A DNA stretch of 64,000 nt from Blastocatellia bacterium (GTDB taxonomy: Bacteria; Acidobacteriota; Blastocatellia; UBA7656), in contig CAVXWP010000017.1 in assembly GCA_963765495.1 (NCBI GenBank), positions 32,001-96,000 on the forward strand, written 5' to 3'. The translations under genes and the position numbers were made by a program. A model generated the notes under the pieces. The model worked only from the letters and a program-made list of their open reading frames with translations. It searched no databases and had not been told where the DNA came from. The stretch's first letter is position 1, and each line of letters opens with the position of its first letter. Shown piece after piece: positions 1 through 10,412 of the stretch.

Positions 1-244
1 CGGCGACCTCATCGTTATGAATCACCCACTGGCCGGGGCGATGCCAGGCCGAAAGCAGCAGCATTTTTATGCCCGCTCTGTCCATCTGAGCGACGATCTG
101 CTCAGGCGTGAGGCCCGTCTCAAGGATCTGCGCCGATCCCGATTGCCGAAAAAGCCGCGCTATCTCAGGCATCTTCTCGAAGGCATTGGCAAAAGTCGGT
201 TGCGCCCATGCGTCGATCACTTCAAAGTCTGTTTGCGGTGCCAT
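1..244 (-). CDS. Amidohydrolase family protein (Amidohydro_2-like), N-terminal part; runs off the window
   Basis: Not in the ORF track. Manual translation from ATG 244 gives MAPQTDFEVIDAWAQPTF...EQIVAQMDRAGIKMLLLSAWHRPGQWVIHNDEVA, open to base 1. The IDAWxQ and MDxAGI motifs fit this family. Confidence 0.75.
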   Translation of the reverse strand, partial: MAPQTDFEVIDAWAQPTFANAFEKMPEIARLFRQSGSAQILETGLTPEQIVAQMDRAGIKMLLLSAWHRPGQWVIHNDEVA

Positions 245-276
245 TTTACTCTTCTATTTGTGAGAAAAAAGAGGGC

Positions 277-1086
277 TCACTCGCTTTTCTGCTGCCACAA
301 TTCCTCAAACAACCGCACGGTCGCGGGCGAATGCCCCGCGTAATGATTGTTGGCAAAAGCAAAGATCGAGACCCCGCGCCCGACAAGCTCACGGCAAATA
401 TCCACCCATTCCTGCAACTCCCTGCTTCTGTCAATGATCGTCTTATCCCAGGTCTTGGTTTGCTCTTCTATACCTTTGCGGTCCCCAAGCCATCGAATAT
501 ATGTGAAATCCGCTGTGATCGGGTCCAGCCGCTCAAATATCTCGTCGGGTCGTGGCATCCAGGAATGATCTATCAGCGCGAGCGCGATGTTGTGCTCTCC
601 GAGTATTTCGACGAGGCGCGGCACTATCCAGCCGCGATTGCGAATCTCCACGGCAAAGCGATAGCCCGAAGGCAGGTCGCCCGTAAAGGCTTCGAGCCTG
701 TCCAGGAATTCATCAGGCTTCGAAAACGCCTTCTTGTTGAAGTAGGGAAACTGGAACAACAGGGGACCAAGTTTTTCTTTGAGCGCATCCATCGTAGAGA
801 GAAATCTTTTCAGGTCATATTCGCACCCGACAAGGACCCGCTCGTGAGTGATGACCTGCGGAATCTTGGCCGCGAAACAGAAATTGCCGGGCGTCTTTGC
901 GTACCAGTTCTTGACCGTCTTCGGGTCGGGAGTTCTATACCACGTGCTGTCTATTTCTACGGTGTCGAAGTGCTGAGAGTAGTAGGCAAGATAATCGCCC
1001 GGTTCGAGGTCTGCGGGATAGAAAGTTCCCGGCCACCCGGCGGCGGTGAAAGCAGATGTTCCTAAGCGAATCTTTTCATCAATCAT
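277..1086 (-). CDS. DUF72 (YecE-like) TIM-barrel protein
   Basis: Motifs GTSAF..W...FYP, YSQHFDTVEIDSTWY, LGPLLFQFP, AVEIRN, YIRWLG, FANNHYAGHSP. Start is ATG 1086 or TTG 1092. Confidence 0.9.
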   Translation of the reverse strand: MIDEKIRLGTSAFTAAGWPGTFYPADLEPGDYLAYYSQHFDTVEIDSTWYRTPDPKTVKNWYAKTPGNFCFAAKIPQVITHERVLVGCEYDLKRFLSTMDALKEKLGPLLFQFPYFNKKAFSKPDEFLDRLEAFTGDLPSGYRFAVEIRNRGWIVPRLVEILGEHNIALALIDHSWMPRPDEIFERLDPITADFTYIRWLGDRKGIEEQTKTWDKTIIDRSRELQEWVDICRELVGRGVSIFAFANNHYAGHSPATVRLFEELWQQKSE

Positions 1087-1095
1087 CAGCAATGT

Positions 1096-1124
1096 ATTAT
1101 ATCACGCCTCTTATATCACGCCTC
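1096..1124 (-). promoter_or_regulatory. Extended -10 promoter (TGATATAAT) inside a 14-bp tandem duplication
   Basis: The minus strand of 1104-1096 reads TG-A-TATAAT, 4-10 nt before the start codons. TTATATCACGCCTC occurs at 1097-1110 and 1111-1124. Confidence 0.55.
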
Positions 1125-1150
1125 ACGCTGAGTCATCGCAAAGCAGGGTT

Positions 1151-1192
1151 CTTTTGACAGGATTAACAGGATAAAAAAAGAATCCTGTCAAA
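1151..1192. repeat. 9-nt-period palindromic element (ACAGGATT family) overlapping the kup stop codon
   Basis: TTTGACAGGATTAACAGGAT...AATCCTGTCAAA; related copy at 27342-27407. Confidence 0.6.
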
Positions 1193-3083
1193 GTTCGATT
1201 TGAATCCCAAGTTCGACAACCCGATCAGGCGGAATAGAGAAAAACGATGTCGCACCTCGGGCATTGCGCGACATCCAGCCAAACAGCTTTTCCCGCCATA
1301 TAGCCATGCCCTCACGCGGCGTTGCAAGCAATCGCTCGCGGCCCAGAAAATAGATCATCTCATCCGGGTTCCAATAAAACCCTGTCGCTTCTATGCTCGA
1401 TAGCGCCAGCGGGATATTCGGGTCCTCCATGAAACCATAGCGGACGATTACCCTGTAGAACCCGCCCTTGATACGGCTCACTTCGAGCCGTTCGTCTTCG
1501 GGGATGTGCGGCGCTTCTTCCGTCTCTACGGTCAGGATGATCGTCTGCTGGTGAATCACCTTGTTGTACTTGAAATTATTTCGCAGCGCGGGCGGCGTAA
1601 AATTTGAATTGCCGTACATGAAGACAGCCGTTCCCGGCACGCGGGCGGGCGATTCGGCTTCGACCTGCGCGATGAATTCCGACATCGGGATAGCCTTTTC
1701 CTGAAGGCGTTCGCCGAGGATTTGCCGCCCTTTTTTCCACGTAGTCATCAATATAAAAACACCAGCCGCGATTATCAACGGGAACCAGCCTCCGTGCGGT
1801 ACCTTGATTATATTCGCCCCGAAAAACGAGAGGTCAATCATAAGGAACAGTCCGCACAAAAGAATCGCCGGGGCCAGACCCCACTTCCAGCGACCCCGCG
1901 CCAGAACGTAAAACAGCACCGTCGTTATGACCATCGTCGTCGTTACCGCAACACCATAGGCGGCGGCTAGATTGCTCGAAGATTGAAATCCCAGCACAAG
2001 ACCTATGCAGGCCAGCATGAGCGCCCAGTTAACCAGGGGTATATATATCTGCCCCATCTCTGTCGAGGAAGTATGATCTATTCGAAGGCGCGGGCTGTAG
2101 CCAAGCTGTACCGCCTGCATAGTGAGCGAAAACGCGCCGGAGATAACCGCCTGCGACGCGATTACAGTAGCCGCAGTCGCCATAATCACCAGAGGATACA
2201 GGGCCCACCTGGGGGCCATCTGATAAAAAGGATTCGCCGCAGTCGCCGGATTGGCGATCAACAGCGCACCCTGGCCGAAGTAGTTCATCAAGAGAGCAGG
2301 CAAGACCAGTGAAAACCACGTCAGACGGATCGGTCGCCTCCCGAAATGCCCCATGTCGGCATAAAGCGCCTCGCCGCCCGTAACGACCAGGAATACCGCG
2401 CCCAGCACCAGAAAGCCGTGCCAGCCGTTGTGAATAAAAAACATTATTCCGTAATAGGGATTCACGGCAGCAAGCACGGAAGGCATCTGGAAGATGTGAT
2501 AGATGCCCAGAATTGCAAGTATGAAAAACCACACCAGTGTTACAGGTCCAAACACCGCGCCGACTCCGGCGGTGCCTTTGCGCTGAAACATGAAGAGCCC
2601 TATCAGAATAACTATGGTCAGAGGGATAACATAAGGCTCAAAAAATGGGGTTGCTACATTTAGCCCTTCCACCGCGCTCAATACGGAGATGGCCGGAGTG
2701 ATCATGCCGTCTCCATACAGCAGGGCCGCGCCGAACAGCCCCATCATTATGAGGAACCAGCGCCCTCCTCTGGCCTGCGCGCGCACCGGCGTCACAAGCG
2801 CCGCAAGCGCCAGTATTCCTCCTTCGCCCTTGTTGTCAGCCCTCAGGATAAACAACAGGTACTTGATCGATATGACTATGATCAAAGACCAGAAGATCAA
2901 TGACAGCACACCTAAGACATTATCGTGAGTAACATGTATGCCGTGCTCGCCGTAGAAGCATTCACGCATCGCATAGAGCGGGCTTGTGCCTATGTCGCCA
3001 TACACTACCCCGAGTGCTGTGAGTGAGAGCAGAAAAAGATACCGGCCCTGTGGCTCGGCGGAGTGTAAATTAGTTTTGGTCAA
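1188..3083 (-). CDS. kup: Potassium uptake transporter Kup (KUP/HAK/KT)
   Basis: GVVYGDIGTSPLY, ADNKGEGG, GGEALYADMGHFG, GQIYIP, about 12 TM segments, C-terminal RVVELG. Confidence 0.97.
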   Translation of the reverse strand: MTKTNLHSAEPQGRYLFLLSLTALGVVYGDIGTSPLYAMRECFYGEHGIHVTHDNVLGVLSLIFWSLIIVISIKYLLFILRADNKGEGGILALAALVTPVRAQARGGRWFLIMMGLFGAALLYGDGMITPAISVLSAVEGLNVATPFFEPYVIPLTIVILIGLFMFQRKGTAGVGAVFGPVTLVWFFILAILGIYHIFQMPSVLAAVNPYYGIMFFIHNGWHGFLVLGAVFLVVTGGEALYADMGHFGRRPIRLTWFSLVLPALLMNYFGQGALLIANPATAANPFYQMAPRWALYPLVIMATAATVIASQAVISGAFSLTMQAVQLGYSPRLRIDHTSSTEMGQIYIPLVNWALMLACIGLVLGFQSSSNLAAAYGVAVTTTMVITTVLFYVLARGRWKWGLAPAILLCGLFLMIDLSFFGANIIKVPHGGWFPLIIAAGVFILMTTWKKGRQILGERLQEKAIPMSEFIAQVEAESPARVPGTAVFMYGNSNFTPPALRNNFKYNKVIHQQTIILTVETEEAPHIPEDERLEVSRIKGGFYRVIVRYGFMEDPNIPLALSSIEATGFYWNPDEMIYFLGRERLLATPREGMAIWREKLFGWMSRNARGATSFFSIPPDRVVELGIQIEL

Positions 3084-3272
3084 CGATTCTCCGTTCTCTT
3101 AACGAGAAATTTCAAAGTGAACCTTTTACTTCCTACCGACCCCGTATGTCAAATGCCGCGCCACGCGCGCAAAACCCGACACGCGCCCTTGCTCAACAAC
3201 GAAGACCTCTACACTTTACATTATTCTCCGGTCGAATGTCGGTCTCGATCAGGTCACAAGTCGTCGCTCGGA

Positions 3273-3875
3273 TCAGCTCTCCTTGTTTCTTATTTGCAAA
3301 TCGTTTTTGACATCAAAGACGCCAAAGACCGTGCGCGCACGCGTTTCGGCCAGTTGCTTGTCGAGTTGGGAATCAACCATACCTTTTAGCGTCACATGCC
3401 CGTTTTCAACCAGGATGTGAATGGTGTGCAGCGAACCTATACCATAGCGAAACAACGGCCCGCTGTAGATCGTGTAATAGAGGGCTTCACGCAGCCTGTC
3501 ATCGGAAGGCGAAGCGGGCAGAACCTCGATTCTATTGATCACATTCGTGACGCCTTCAACATCTTTAACCGCCTTCTCGGCCCTCGATTTCGTGTCGGGC
3601 GGTGAAACAACCTTGCCTCGCAAAACGACACTGCCATCCGATTTGACCTCATACTCGATCCAGTCAAATACATTGTAGTAAGGCAACGTCAACAATTCGT
3701 GACGCACTTCTCTGGCTATGCCCGCCACGGGAGATGTAGTATCCACCCGCCGGGTCGTTTGCCGCGTATAATTCTGGCTTCGCGCAACCGCTTTCGGCGC
3801 AATCATCGCCGGTATGAAACAGATCGGAAGTATAAGAACCACCAGTCTGGTCAACAGCTTCTTACAACTTTTCAT
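3273..3875 (-). CDS. Secreted tandem BON-domain protein
   Basis: Signal peptide; two BON repeats (VVLRGKV...GVTNVINRIEV; GHVTLKGMV...GVFDVKNDL). Confidence 0.9.
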   Translation of the reverse strand: MKSCKKLLTRLVVLILPICFIPAMIAPKAVARSQNYTRQTTRRVDTTSPVAGIAREVRHELLTLPYYNVFDWIEYEVKSDGSVVLRGKVVSPPDTKSRAEKAVKDVEGVTNVINRIEVLPASPSDDRLREALYYTIYSGPLFRYGIGSLHTIHILVENGHVTLKGMVDSQLDKQLAETRARTVFGVFDVKNDLQIRNKES

Positions 3876-4091
3876 ATGCCTTTCTCTCCTTTCTTTTGAA
3901 TAACTTCATACGCCCGCGCCCTGACCGAGCCAGCGAAACATTCGTGAGATCGGATAGATGACATCGAACAGGTGTTCGCTATAGAGACAAGACATGTGGG
4001 AAAGTAAGACACTTCTCAATTTCCGACGCGTCTGTTCCCGCTCTAAGCGCGACATACTTATTATTAAACGCAAATGAAGTGCCAGCGATAA

Positions 4092-4207
4092 GCAGTAGGC
4101 AGTAGGCAGTAGGCAGTTATCGGAGTCGGGTACCACCCATTCATATGCATACCCGAGTCCTCGTTAGCAGTAGTCGTCAATTCAGTATCAACTGCCTACT
4201 GCCTACT
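4092..4207. repeat. Heptamer-armed palindromic cassette, GCAGTAG family
   Basis: (GCAGTAG)x3 + 73-nt core + (ACTGCCT)x2; inverted sister copy at 30868-30990. Confidence 0.85.
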
Positions 4208-4208
4208 A

Positions 4209-5234
4209 TCAAGGTTTGGGAGTGATGTCAGGCGGCAGGGCTTGAATATCTTCCACACTATTGTTGTTGTTGCCGGACCTGGTCGCGACTACGGCAGTAG
4301 TAACTCCGGCTCCGGCGGCGGCGGCGATGATTGCGATAGTCGTTCCGCTTAATCCGCCCGCCGCTGAGCCGATGGAAACTGTCCCGGTCCACGTGGCGTT
4401 GGTTCCCTGTACGTTAGCGGTAATAGAATCCGCCCCCGGCACGTCTCCGGCCGTAAAGCTTGCGGTCGCCACTCCCTGCGCGTTGGTCGTCACCGTTACG
4501 CTTGATGCCGTAACCGATCCCGCGCTCAAAGTGCCGCCTCCTTTACCGCCGAGCGAGATGATCACAACCGCATCCGGCACGCGTCTGTCGTGTTCATCCG
4601 TGACCTGAAATTGAATCTGCCGGGTAGCGCGCGCCCTCACACTGAGCGTAGACCCGAGCCCTATCGGGCGAATGACATAATTGCGCTGTTGCGCCGGGGC
4701 ATCCTGCGCCACGCTTCCCTCTTCGGTTTCAAGAACGGCTTCCCCGTCTCGAACCTTTAATCTGAAGCTTGCGCCAGGGGATGCCGAAAAGGTCTCTCCG
4801 CCCGCTTCGATATAAGCGCCCGCGTCCTGTTTGAGCCTGATTGACATGTTCCCGCTCACAAGCGAGGCGATCAAAAAGAACCGGCTCGCATCGGTGTCAG
4901 ACGCGCCTCTGGCGCTTGTCAGCCTCACCAGGGAATGACCGGCCAGCGTTACCTCTCCGATTGATTCCAGCGAGACGTGCGCTCCCCGAGTACCGGCCCT
5001 GAGCATCTCTCCACCCCATAGGAATTCTTCACCACTGAATGCCCTCCCGTTAATCTCGATCTCGCCCACAGGCAACACCTGACCAATCGGACCCGCTGAG
5101 GCCGTGGCATAAAGCCGGAGCACTTTATCCTCTCCACCGCCTCCGGCAGCCCACCCGGTCCTGACCAGCAGGCCACAGGTCAATACCAGAACCATACACA
5201 GGCGAACTTGATAGCTGCTCGTTTTTATCATCAC
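4209..5234 (-). CDS. Secreted protein: FecR-like N-terminal region, Ig-like (Big_1) domain, hydrophobic Ala/Gly C-terminal segment
   Basis: Signal peptide; QVTDEHDRRVPDAVV...VTTNAQGVATASFTAG Ig pattern; C-terminal TIAIIAAAAGAGVTTAVVA. Confidence 0.7.
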   Translation of the reverse strand: MMIKTSSYQVRLCMVLVLTCGLLVRTGWAAGGGGEDKVLRLYATASAGPIGQVLPVGEIEINGRAFSGEEFLWGGEMLRAGTRGAHVSLESIGEVTLAGHSLVRLTSARGASDTDASRFFLIASLVSGNMSIRLKQDAGAYIEAGGETFSASPGASFRLKVRDGEAVLETEEGSVAQDAPAQQRNYVIRPIGLGSTLSVRARATRQIQFQVTDEHDRRVPDAVVIISLGGKGGGTLSAGSVTASSVTVTTNAQGVATASFTAGDVPGADSITANVQGTNATWTGTVSIGSAAGGLSGTTIAIIAAAAGAGVTTAVVATRSGNNNNSVEDIQALPPDITPKP

Positions 5235-5249
5235 ATTCTCTCCTGTTTT

Positions 5250-8200
5250 CTAGGGCTTCGTACCGTTCAATCTCCTCTCAGGCGGATGAATGGTAACACC
5301 GGGGCGCATCCTGAGCGATTGCAAACGGACGGCGGCAGAGGCTGATCCTATGTCGCTGGAAATAGCCGTTGTGCTTCCTTCCCCGTCGAATACAGTTACC
5401 TGAACTCGTTGAACTTCGGGGTGAGAGTTTGCGCCGGTAAATCTCTGTTCAACCGTGAAGCTCTGTCCTCTGACAAGATTTAGCGGATCAAGTGAAGAAG
5501 CGAGATTCACCTCTATAGGCCCGCCCACCGCACGACCCGTCCCGTCGAGGAACTGATAAACAGCGCGGCTGACGTTAAGGTTAGGATCGAATACCGAATA
5601 GCGCAAGATGAATTGGTCGCCTGACCGTGTGAGCGACAGCACGGGCAGTTGTCGCGGGTTGTCGGGATTGATAAAGACTGCCTTCGCGCGCACGATGCCT
5701 AACAAAGATACAGCAAGCGTCTGGCTTGAGTTCACACGGAATATGATATTCGATGTTATCTCTTCGGGCACGACATCTGTAGCCTGGAGCCCCGAGTTTG
5801 TATCGGCCACGGGCGGAAACAACGGGCGGAACCGCACGCAAAATCTGACGCTCCCATTCGCCGGGACGGTGACGGGCGTCGTAGAATCAATCGGCGTCTC
5901 TGATCCATCCGGGTTTATCAGGCTGATTGCGAATATCTCGCCTTCGCTCAATTGAGTGATGGTTCCGTCCTCGACATCCGGGCCGGTCCTCATAATTGAT
6001 ACGAGCGTGAGGAGGACCGGGCTTGAGCCGGTATTTTCCACGTTAAAGAATGAGCACTTCGGCTTCTTCTTTTTCACCTTGCGGTGTGGGCGAACCGGCT
6101 TGTCGGTCCCAAACGTTACGCTGGCCTGCCCGTCGGGTATGACCACTCGCACCGTCGGCAGACCTGTTACGGTGATGGTGAATGTGCATACGGCCTGATT
6201 TCCGGCAGCGTCGGTGGCAACGCACGTAACCGTCGTCACGCCGACGGGGAAAGCCGTACCCGAAGGCGGGTTACACGTTACGATCACATTCGGGAAGTTG
6301 TCGTCGGCAATCGGAAGCGGATAATCCACGATGACGGCACTCTGCCCTCCCGCGTCTCTGACTATGTTGGCCGGGCACTCAATTGTTGGCGCTTGACTGT
6401 CGTTTACCGTCACAGTGAACGTGCATACGGAAGTATTGCCCGCCAGGTCTCTGCCCGTGCACGTCACGGTTGAAACTCCCAGAGGGAATCTCGTCCCCGA
6501 AGGCGGAATGCATACGACTGTAGCCCCGGGGCAGTTATCCGTGACGCGAGCCAGAGGATAATTGACAACCGTATCCTGCTGGCCCACCCTGATTGACGTT
6601 GTTATGTTGCCGGGACAGGTAACTTCTGGCGGCTCGGTGTCTTGCACTGTTACGGTGAATTGACACGCAGCCGTAGTCTCTCCGTCGGTAGCCGTACAGG
6701 TCACAGTGGTAGTGCCTTTTTGAAACGTCGAGCCGGAAGGCGGAACGCACACCGCAGGGCCGCCGCCCGTTACGACCGGCGCAGGATAGGTCACAACTGC
6801 CGAACATTGACCCGGATCATTCGCCCTGACGATATTGGCCGGACAGGAGATGGTCACCCCGCCTCCGCCCTGTACCGTTATCGTGAATGTGCAGTTGGCG
6901 CTGTTACCCGATCCATCCATCGCCGTACAGGTGACCGTGGTCGTGCCTACGGGGAAGCTCGACCCCGAAGGCGGCACGCAGGTGACACCCGGTAAGCCCG
7001 AAGGAGAAGGCTGCATGCTAAAACAGTTATCCGTGACTGTCGGATCGGGGTAATTCACGACTGCCGAACCCTGCCCCGGGTCGCTCTGCACGACTATATC
7101 GCTCGGGCAGGTGATGACAGGCGGCTCGGCGTCGTTTACCGATATTATGAAGCTGCAACTCGGCCCCGCGTCGGTCGTGCAGGTTACTGTAGTTACCCCT
7201 ACGGAGAAAACCGACCCCGAAGGCGGATCACAGACAACCGTACCGCACGTAATGTCCGCTGTGGGTGGCGGATAGGTGACTACGGCAGAGCACTGGCCCG
7301 GATCGTTTGGCACCGTGAAGCCATTCGGACAGGTGATAGTGCAGGTCGCGGGAGTTACCTCGACGCAGGCGGAGAACTCTGACGTGTTGTTTGTGGGGTC
7401 GGTAGCCGTGGCCGTGACAAAGTCCCCCGTTTGAACCGTTACGGGGAAAGAGGCGTTGATCTGAGCATTCCCGCCGCTGTCGGTCGTCACAGTGATCATG
7501 CCGATTGGATTTTCGCCTTCGCCGTTTCCCGAACTGTCACAGTTGCCGTTTGAAAAGAATTCTATTATGTAATCCGCGCCTGGCGCGCTGTCGAGCGTTC
7601 CCTGAATAGTAATTGTGCCGCTGCCCGATTCAGCCAGGGTCAGGACGGGGAAATTTTGCAGGTTGTTTGGCCCCGTGTCGCTGTCCCCCGGATCGTTGGA
7701 TGTCACCCCGTCGCCTTGAAGGTCTATTCCCAGCCCGTCATTTGAAAAGATCTGGTTGCTGATCACCCGGTTGCCGGTCGCGGTGTTGCCTTCGATAACG
7801 ATCCCGACCACGTTGTTTGCGATCAGATTGGTTGGGCCGCCGGGAATGACCTGGGGAGCGAATCCACCTTCGGGCTCCGGCGCGGGCGGCTCGCCTATCG
7901 CATTGTCGGGCGCGTCTAATATGCGTACTCCCGCGTTTGTATTGCCAAGCGGGTCGGTACCATTAGAGGCAACCCCTATGAGGTTCCCCTGTACGAAATT
8001 TCGCGTCGTGGCCGCGCCGTTTATCTCGACTCCGTCTCCGGGCGTGTCAGGAAATTTGTCGAGACCGTTACCCGATATGACGTTTCCGGCATTGGCAAAC
8101 ATGCCTCCGATTTGGTTGTCGCTAGCGCCGTTCAGAATCCCCACTCCATCATGGAAGTTGGGAAGCGACGCCGTGCCGCTTGCGTCCGTGCCTATCAGGT

Positions 8201-10412
8201 TGCCCTGAACGATATTCACATCCGACCCCGCGCCGGTAATCGTTATGCCGTTCCCGAAAGCCCCCGAGATCAGATTTCCCTGGCCTGCACCCTGCCCGCC
8301 TATGGTCCCGGCCCCGGAGCCGGATTCGATGCTGATGCCGCTCCCATCACTCCCTAAATGATTCTGGCCGCTGATGTCAGTTCCAATAAAATTGCCCTGA
8401 ACAAAATTCCCGCTCGAAAAAGCGTTCGAGAGAGTTATGCCGTTCCCGAAGGCCCCCGAGATCAGGTTCCTCGCCTGAACCGTCGCTCCACCAATCATGT
8501 TGCTCGCGCTGTTATTGGTAAAGATATCGCTTCCAGAGTTGTTTATGCTTGTCGTGCCCGTCCTGTCGGTCCCAAGGAAATTGCCTTCGACGATGTTGCC
8601 GTCATTTGTGACCATCTCAATAGCGTTTCCAGGTATGCTATTGATTACAAAGCCCCGCAAGGTGCAGCCGCCGGAGCTGATCATAAACCCACTTGTAGGT
8701 GGCTGCATTCCGTTCCCAATCTGGCTCCCTCCTCCGGCTGTAATCTCCACAATCGGAGTGCCTGAAAAGGCCGGTTCCGTAGTGCCGTCAAGCACGACGG
8801 GGTCTGTTATCGCGGGAAGGTCTGTGTCTAAAAAGACCGTAGGCATAGACTCCATAGTTACAAATTCGATTGTGTCCAGCCCCGGATTCATATTGGCGTC
8901 AAGGATGGCCTGTCTGAGCGTGCCGGGGCCGCCACCCTCCGTACTGGTCACCTGAAACACCTGAGACGGAGCGGTGAGACTCACAGTAGGAGCTACCTGT
9001 CCGCGCCTGAGAACCACAAGATCGTTGAGCGCGTCCGTGTTCAATCGCATAGGCAGGACGGCTACGGGGTCGCCTTCGACTTCGAGCGATACAAAATCCG
9101 ATTTATCTCGACGGGGGGCGGAATCTTTCATCGCGATATGGATTTGATGGTTATCCGGGTCAAGCACCAGGAGGTCTTCACCGGGCAGGCTCGATGAGCG
9201 AGCGCAAACAAGCGCCGAAGCTTCTGGCCATCGGGCTTTGCCAAGCGTTTCAGCCTTCCAGCTTTTTATTCCTTTATTCTTTTTCTTCTGCCCGGCTTTA
9301 GCCTTTCCCCGGTTGAGCAATTTGATCGTTCCGTCTTCCAGGAGCAGGGCAACACCCGGGTTGTGATCGCCATGAAAATCGCCCATGACGAGCGACTTGA
9401 TCGAGTAAGCAAACGAGCGCCTGCCGATAATGGGTTGAGTCGTTTCGGGTCTCTTCACACCACTCCGCGATATATCGCGAGCGCGCCCCTCGATAACCAG
9501 CAATTGATCTTTCGCCCCAACCGCGAGGTCTATCATGCGGTCGTCATCCATCTGCCCGAGCGCAAACGCATCCGCCTCAGCGGGCAGGGCGATCTTTTCA
9601 GGCGTGGATCTGAGCGCGCCTCTTGCGCCTTGAAATATCAGGGCCTTCGGCCCTTCGGCGCTCGCGATGCCGACTATGATGTCTGCAAGCCCGTCGGCTC
9701 GATTGATCTCTCCTGAAACGAGCGCCGTCACTCTGCCGCCGAGCGCGAACCGCTTCGTCGCGCTCAGGCTTCCCTTCCCGTCTCCCGGCATAAAATAGAG
9801 CGCATCGCCGCCACGCGCGGCAGCCACGATGTCTTTGTGACCGTCGCCATCGAAATCGCCTGCGGCCAGGAAATCTGCCGACACGGGCAATTCGAAGGAA
9901 TCCGCAAGCGAAAGAAACGGCGAGTTTGTGAACTGTCCGGCTGCCTTGCGGGTGCGCGCTTCGGGACTGTTGGGATAGATGGCATCCACGTTGCCGCGTT
10001 GGAGTGTGAGGATGCCGCCCGACGAACCGGCGTAGCCGCTTATCAAATCCTGTGTGCCGTCTTCATCGAAATCCGATGCGGCAAGCGCGAGCCCCTGAGC
10101 CTGATTTTGCTCAAGACTTTGCCGCAACCCATCCGGTCCCCGGTAAGTTGTAGACAGATCATGTCCGTCAGCGAGCGTGATTTGAGGGCGGCCTGCCGTG
10201 TGCAGCGTTATCTGTTCGCTCAACCCGGCACCCATTGCGTTTGTGCCTCGATTATTTGCTGAAACCCGAGTCCTGACTGACAGGTGTGGACTAATCAACC
10301 CGAGGCCCGGCGCAAGCAGGAGCGAGAGGGCCGCGATTGACAACATCAGCTTTCGGATTTGTGATAACGAGAGTCGAACAGATCGCGCAGGACGAGGCGC
10401 GGAAGAGATCAT
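5250..10412 (-). CDS. 1720-aa secreted surface protein: FG-GAP-like repeats, parallel beta-helix, about 5 Cys-rich HYR domains
   Basis: DFDEDGTQDL and GDFDGDGHKD repeats; GTLRQAILDAN, GNFIGTD and NLISG beta-helix repeats; repeated CxPPSGSxFPVGxTTVTC. Confidence 0.85.
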   Translation of the reverse strand: MISSAPRPARSVRLSLSQIRKLMLSIAALSLLLAPGLGLISPHLSVRTRVSANNRGTNAMGAGLSEQITLHTAGRPQITLADGHDLSTTYRGPDGLRQSLEQNQAQGLALAASDFDEDGTQDLISGYAGSSGGILTLQRGNVDAIYPNSPEARTRKAAGQFTNSPFLSLADSFELPVSADFLAAGDFDGDGHKDIVAAARGGDALYFMPGDGKGSLSATKRFALGGRVTALVSGEINRADGLADIIVGIASAEGPKALIFQGARGALRSTPEKIALPAEADAFALGQMDDDRMIDLAVGAKDQLLVIEGRARDISRSGVKRPETTQPIIGRRSFAYSIKSLVMGDFHGDHNPGVALLLEDGTIKLLNRGKAKAGQKKKNKGIKSWKAETLGKARWPEASALVCARSSSLPGEDLLVLDPDNHQIHIAMKDSAPRRDKSDFVSLEVEGDPVAVLPMRLNTDALNDLVVLRRGQVAPTVSLTAPSQVFQVTSTEGGGPGTLRQAILDANMNPGLDTIEFVTMESMPTVFLDTDLPAITDPVVLDGTTEPAFSGTPIVEITAGGGSQIGNGMQPPTSGFMISSGGCTLRGFVINSIPGNAIEMVTNDGNIVEGNFLGTDRTGTTSINNSGSDIFTNNSASNMIGGATVQARNLISGAFGNGITLSNAFSSGNFVQGNFIGTDISGQNHLGSDGSGISIESGSGAGTIGGQGAGQGNLISGAFGNGITITGAGSDVNIVQGNLIGTDASGTASLPNFHDGVGILNGASDNQIGGMFANAGNVISGNGLDKFPDTPGDGVEINGAATTRNFVQGNLIGVASNGTDPLGNTNAGVRILDAPDNAIGEPPAPEPEGGFAPQVIPGGPTNLIANNVVGIVIEGNTATGNRVISNQIFSNDGLGIDLQGDGVTSNDPGDSDTGPNNLQNFPVLTLAESGSGTITIQGTLDSAPGADYIIEFFSNGNCDSSGNGEGENPIGMITVTTDSGGNAQINASFPVTVQTGDFVTATATDPTNNTSEFSACVEVTPATCTITCPNGFTVPNDPGQCSAVVTYPPPTADITCGTVVCDPPSGSVFSVGVTTVTCTTDAGPSCSFIISVNDAEPPVITCPSDIVVQSDPGQGSAVVNYPDPTVTDNCFSMQPSPSGLPGVTCVPPSGSSFPVGTTTVTCTAMDGSGNSANCTFTITVQGGGGVTISCPANIVRANDPGQCSAVVTYPAPVVTGGGPAVCVPPSGSTFQKGTTTVTCTATDGETTAACQFTVTVQDTEPPEVTCPGNITTSIRVGQQDTVVNYPLARVTDNCPGATVVCIPPSGTRFPLGVSTVTCTGRDLAGNTSVCTFTVTVNDSQAPTIECPANIVRDAGGQSAVIVDYPLPIADDNFPNVIVTCNPPSGTAFPVGVTTVTCVATDAAGNQAVCTFTITVTGLPTVRVVIPDGQASVTFGTDKPVRPHRKVKKKKPKCSFFNVENTGSSPVLLTLVSIMRTGPDVEDGTITQLSEGEIFAISLINPDGSETPIDSTTPVTVPANGSVRFCVRFRPLFPPVADTNSGLQATDVVPEEITSNIIFRVNSSQTLAVSLLGIVRAKAVFINPDNPRQLPVLSLTRSGDQFILRYSVFDPNLNVSRAVYQFLDGTGRAVGGPIEVNLASSLDPLNLVRGQSFTVEQRFTGANSHPEVQRVQVTVFDGEGSTTAISSDIGSASAAVRLQSLRMRPGVTIHPPERRLNGTKP

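Noticed and set aside
3084-3272. c-di-AMP (ydaO) riboswitch upstream of kup
   Set aside because: No matching consensus is visible; only a plausible TTGACA-18-TAAAAG promoter (3152-3123, minus strand).
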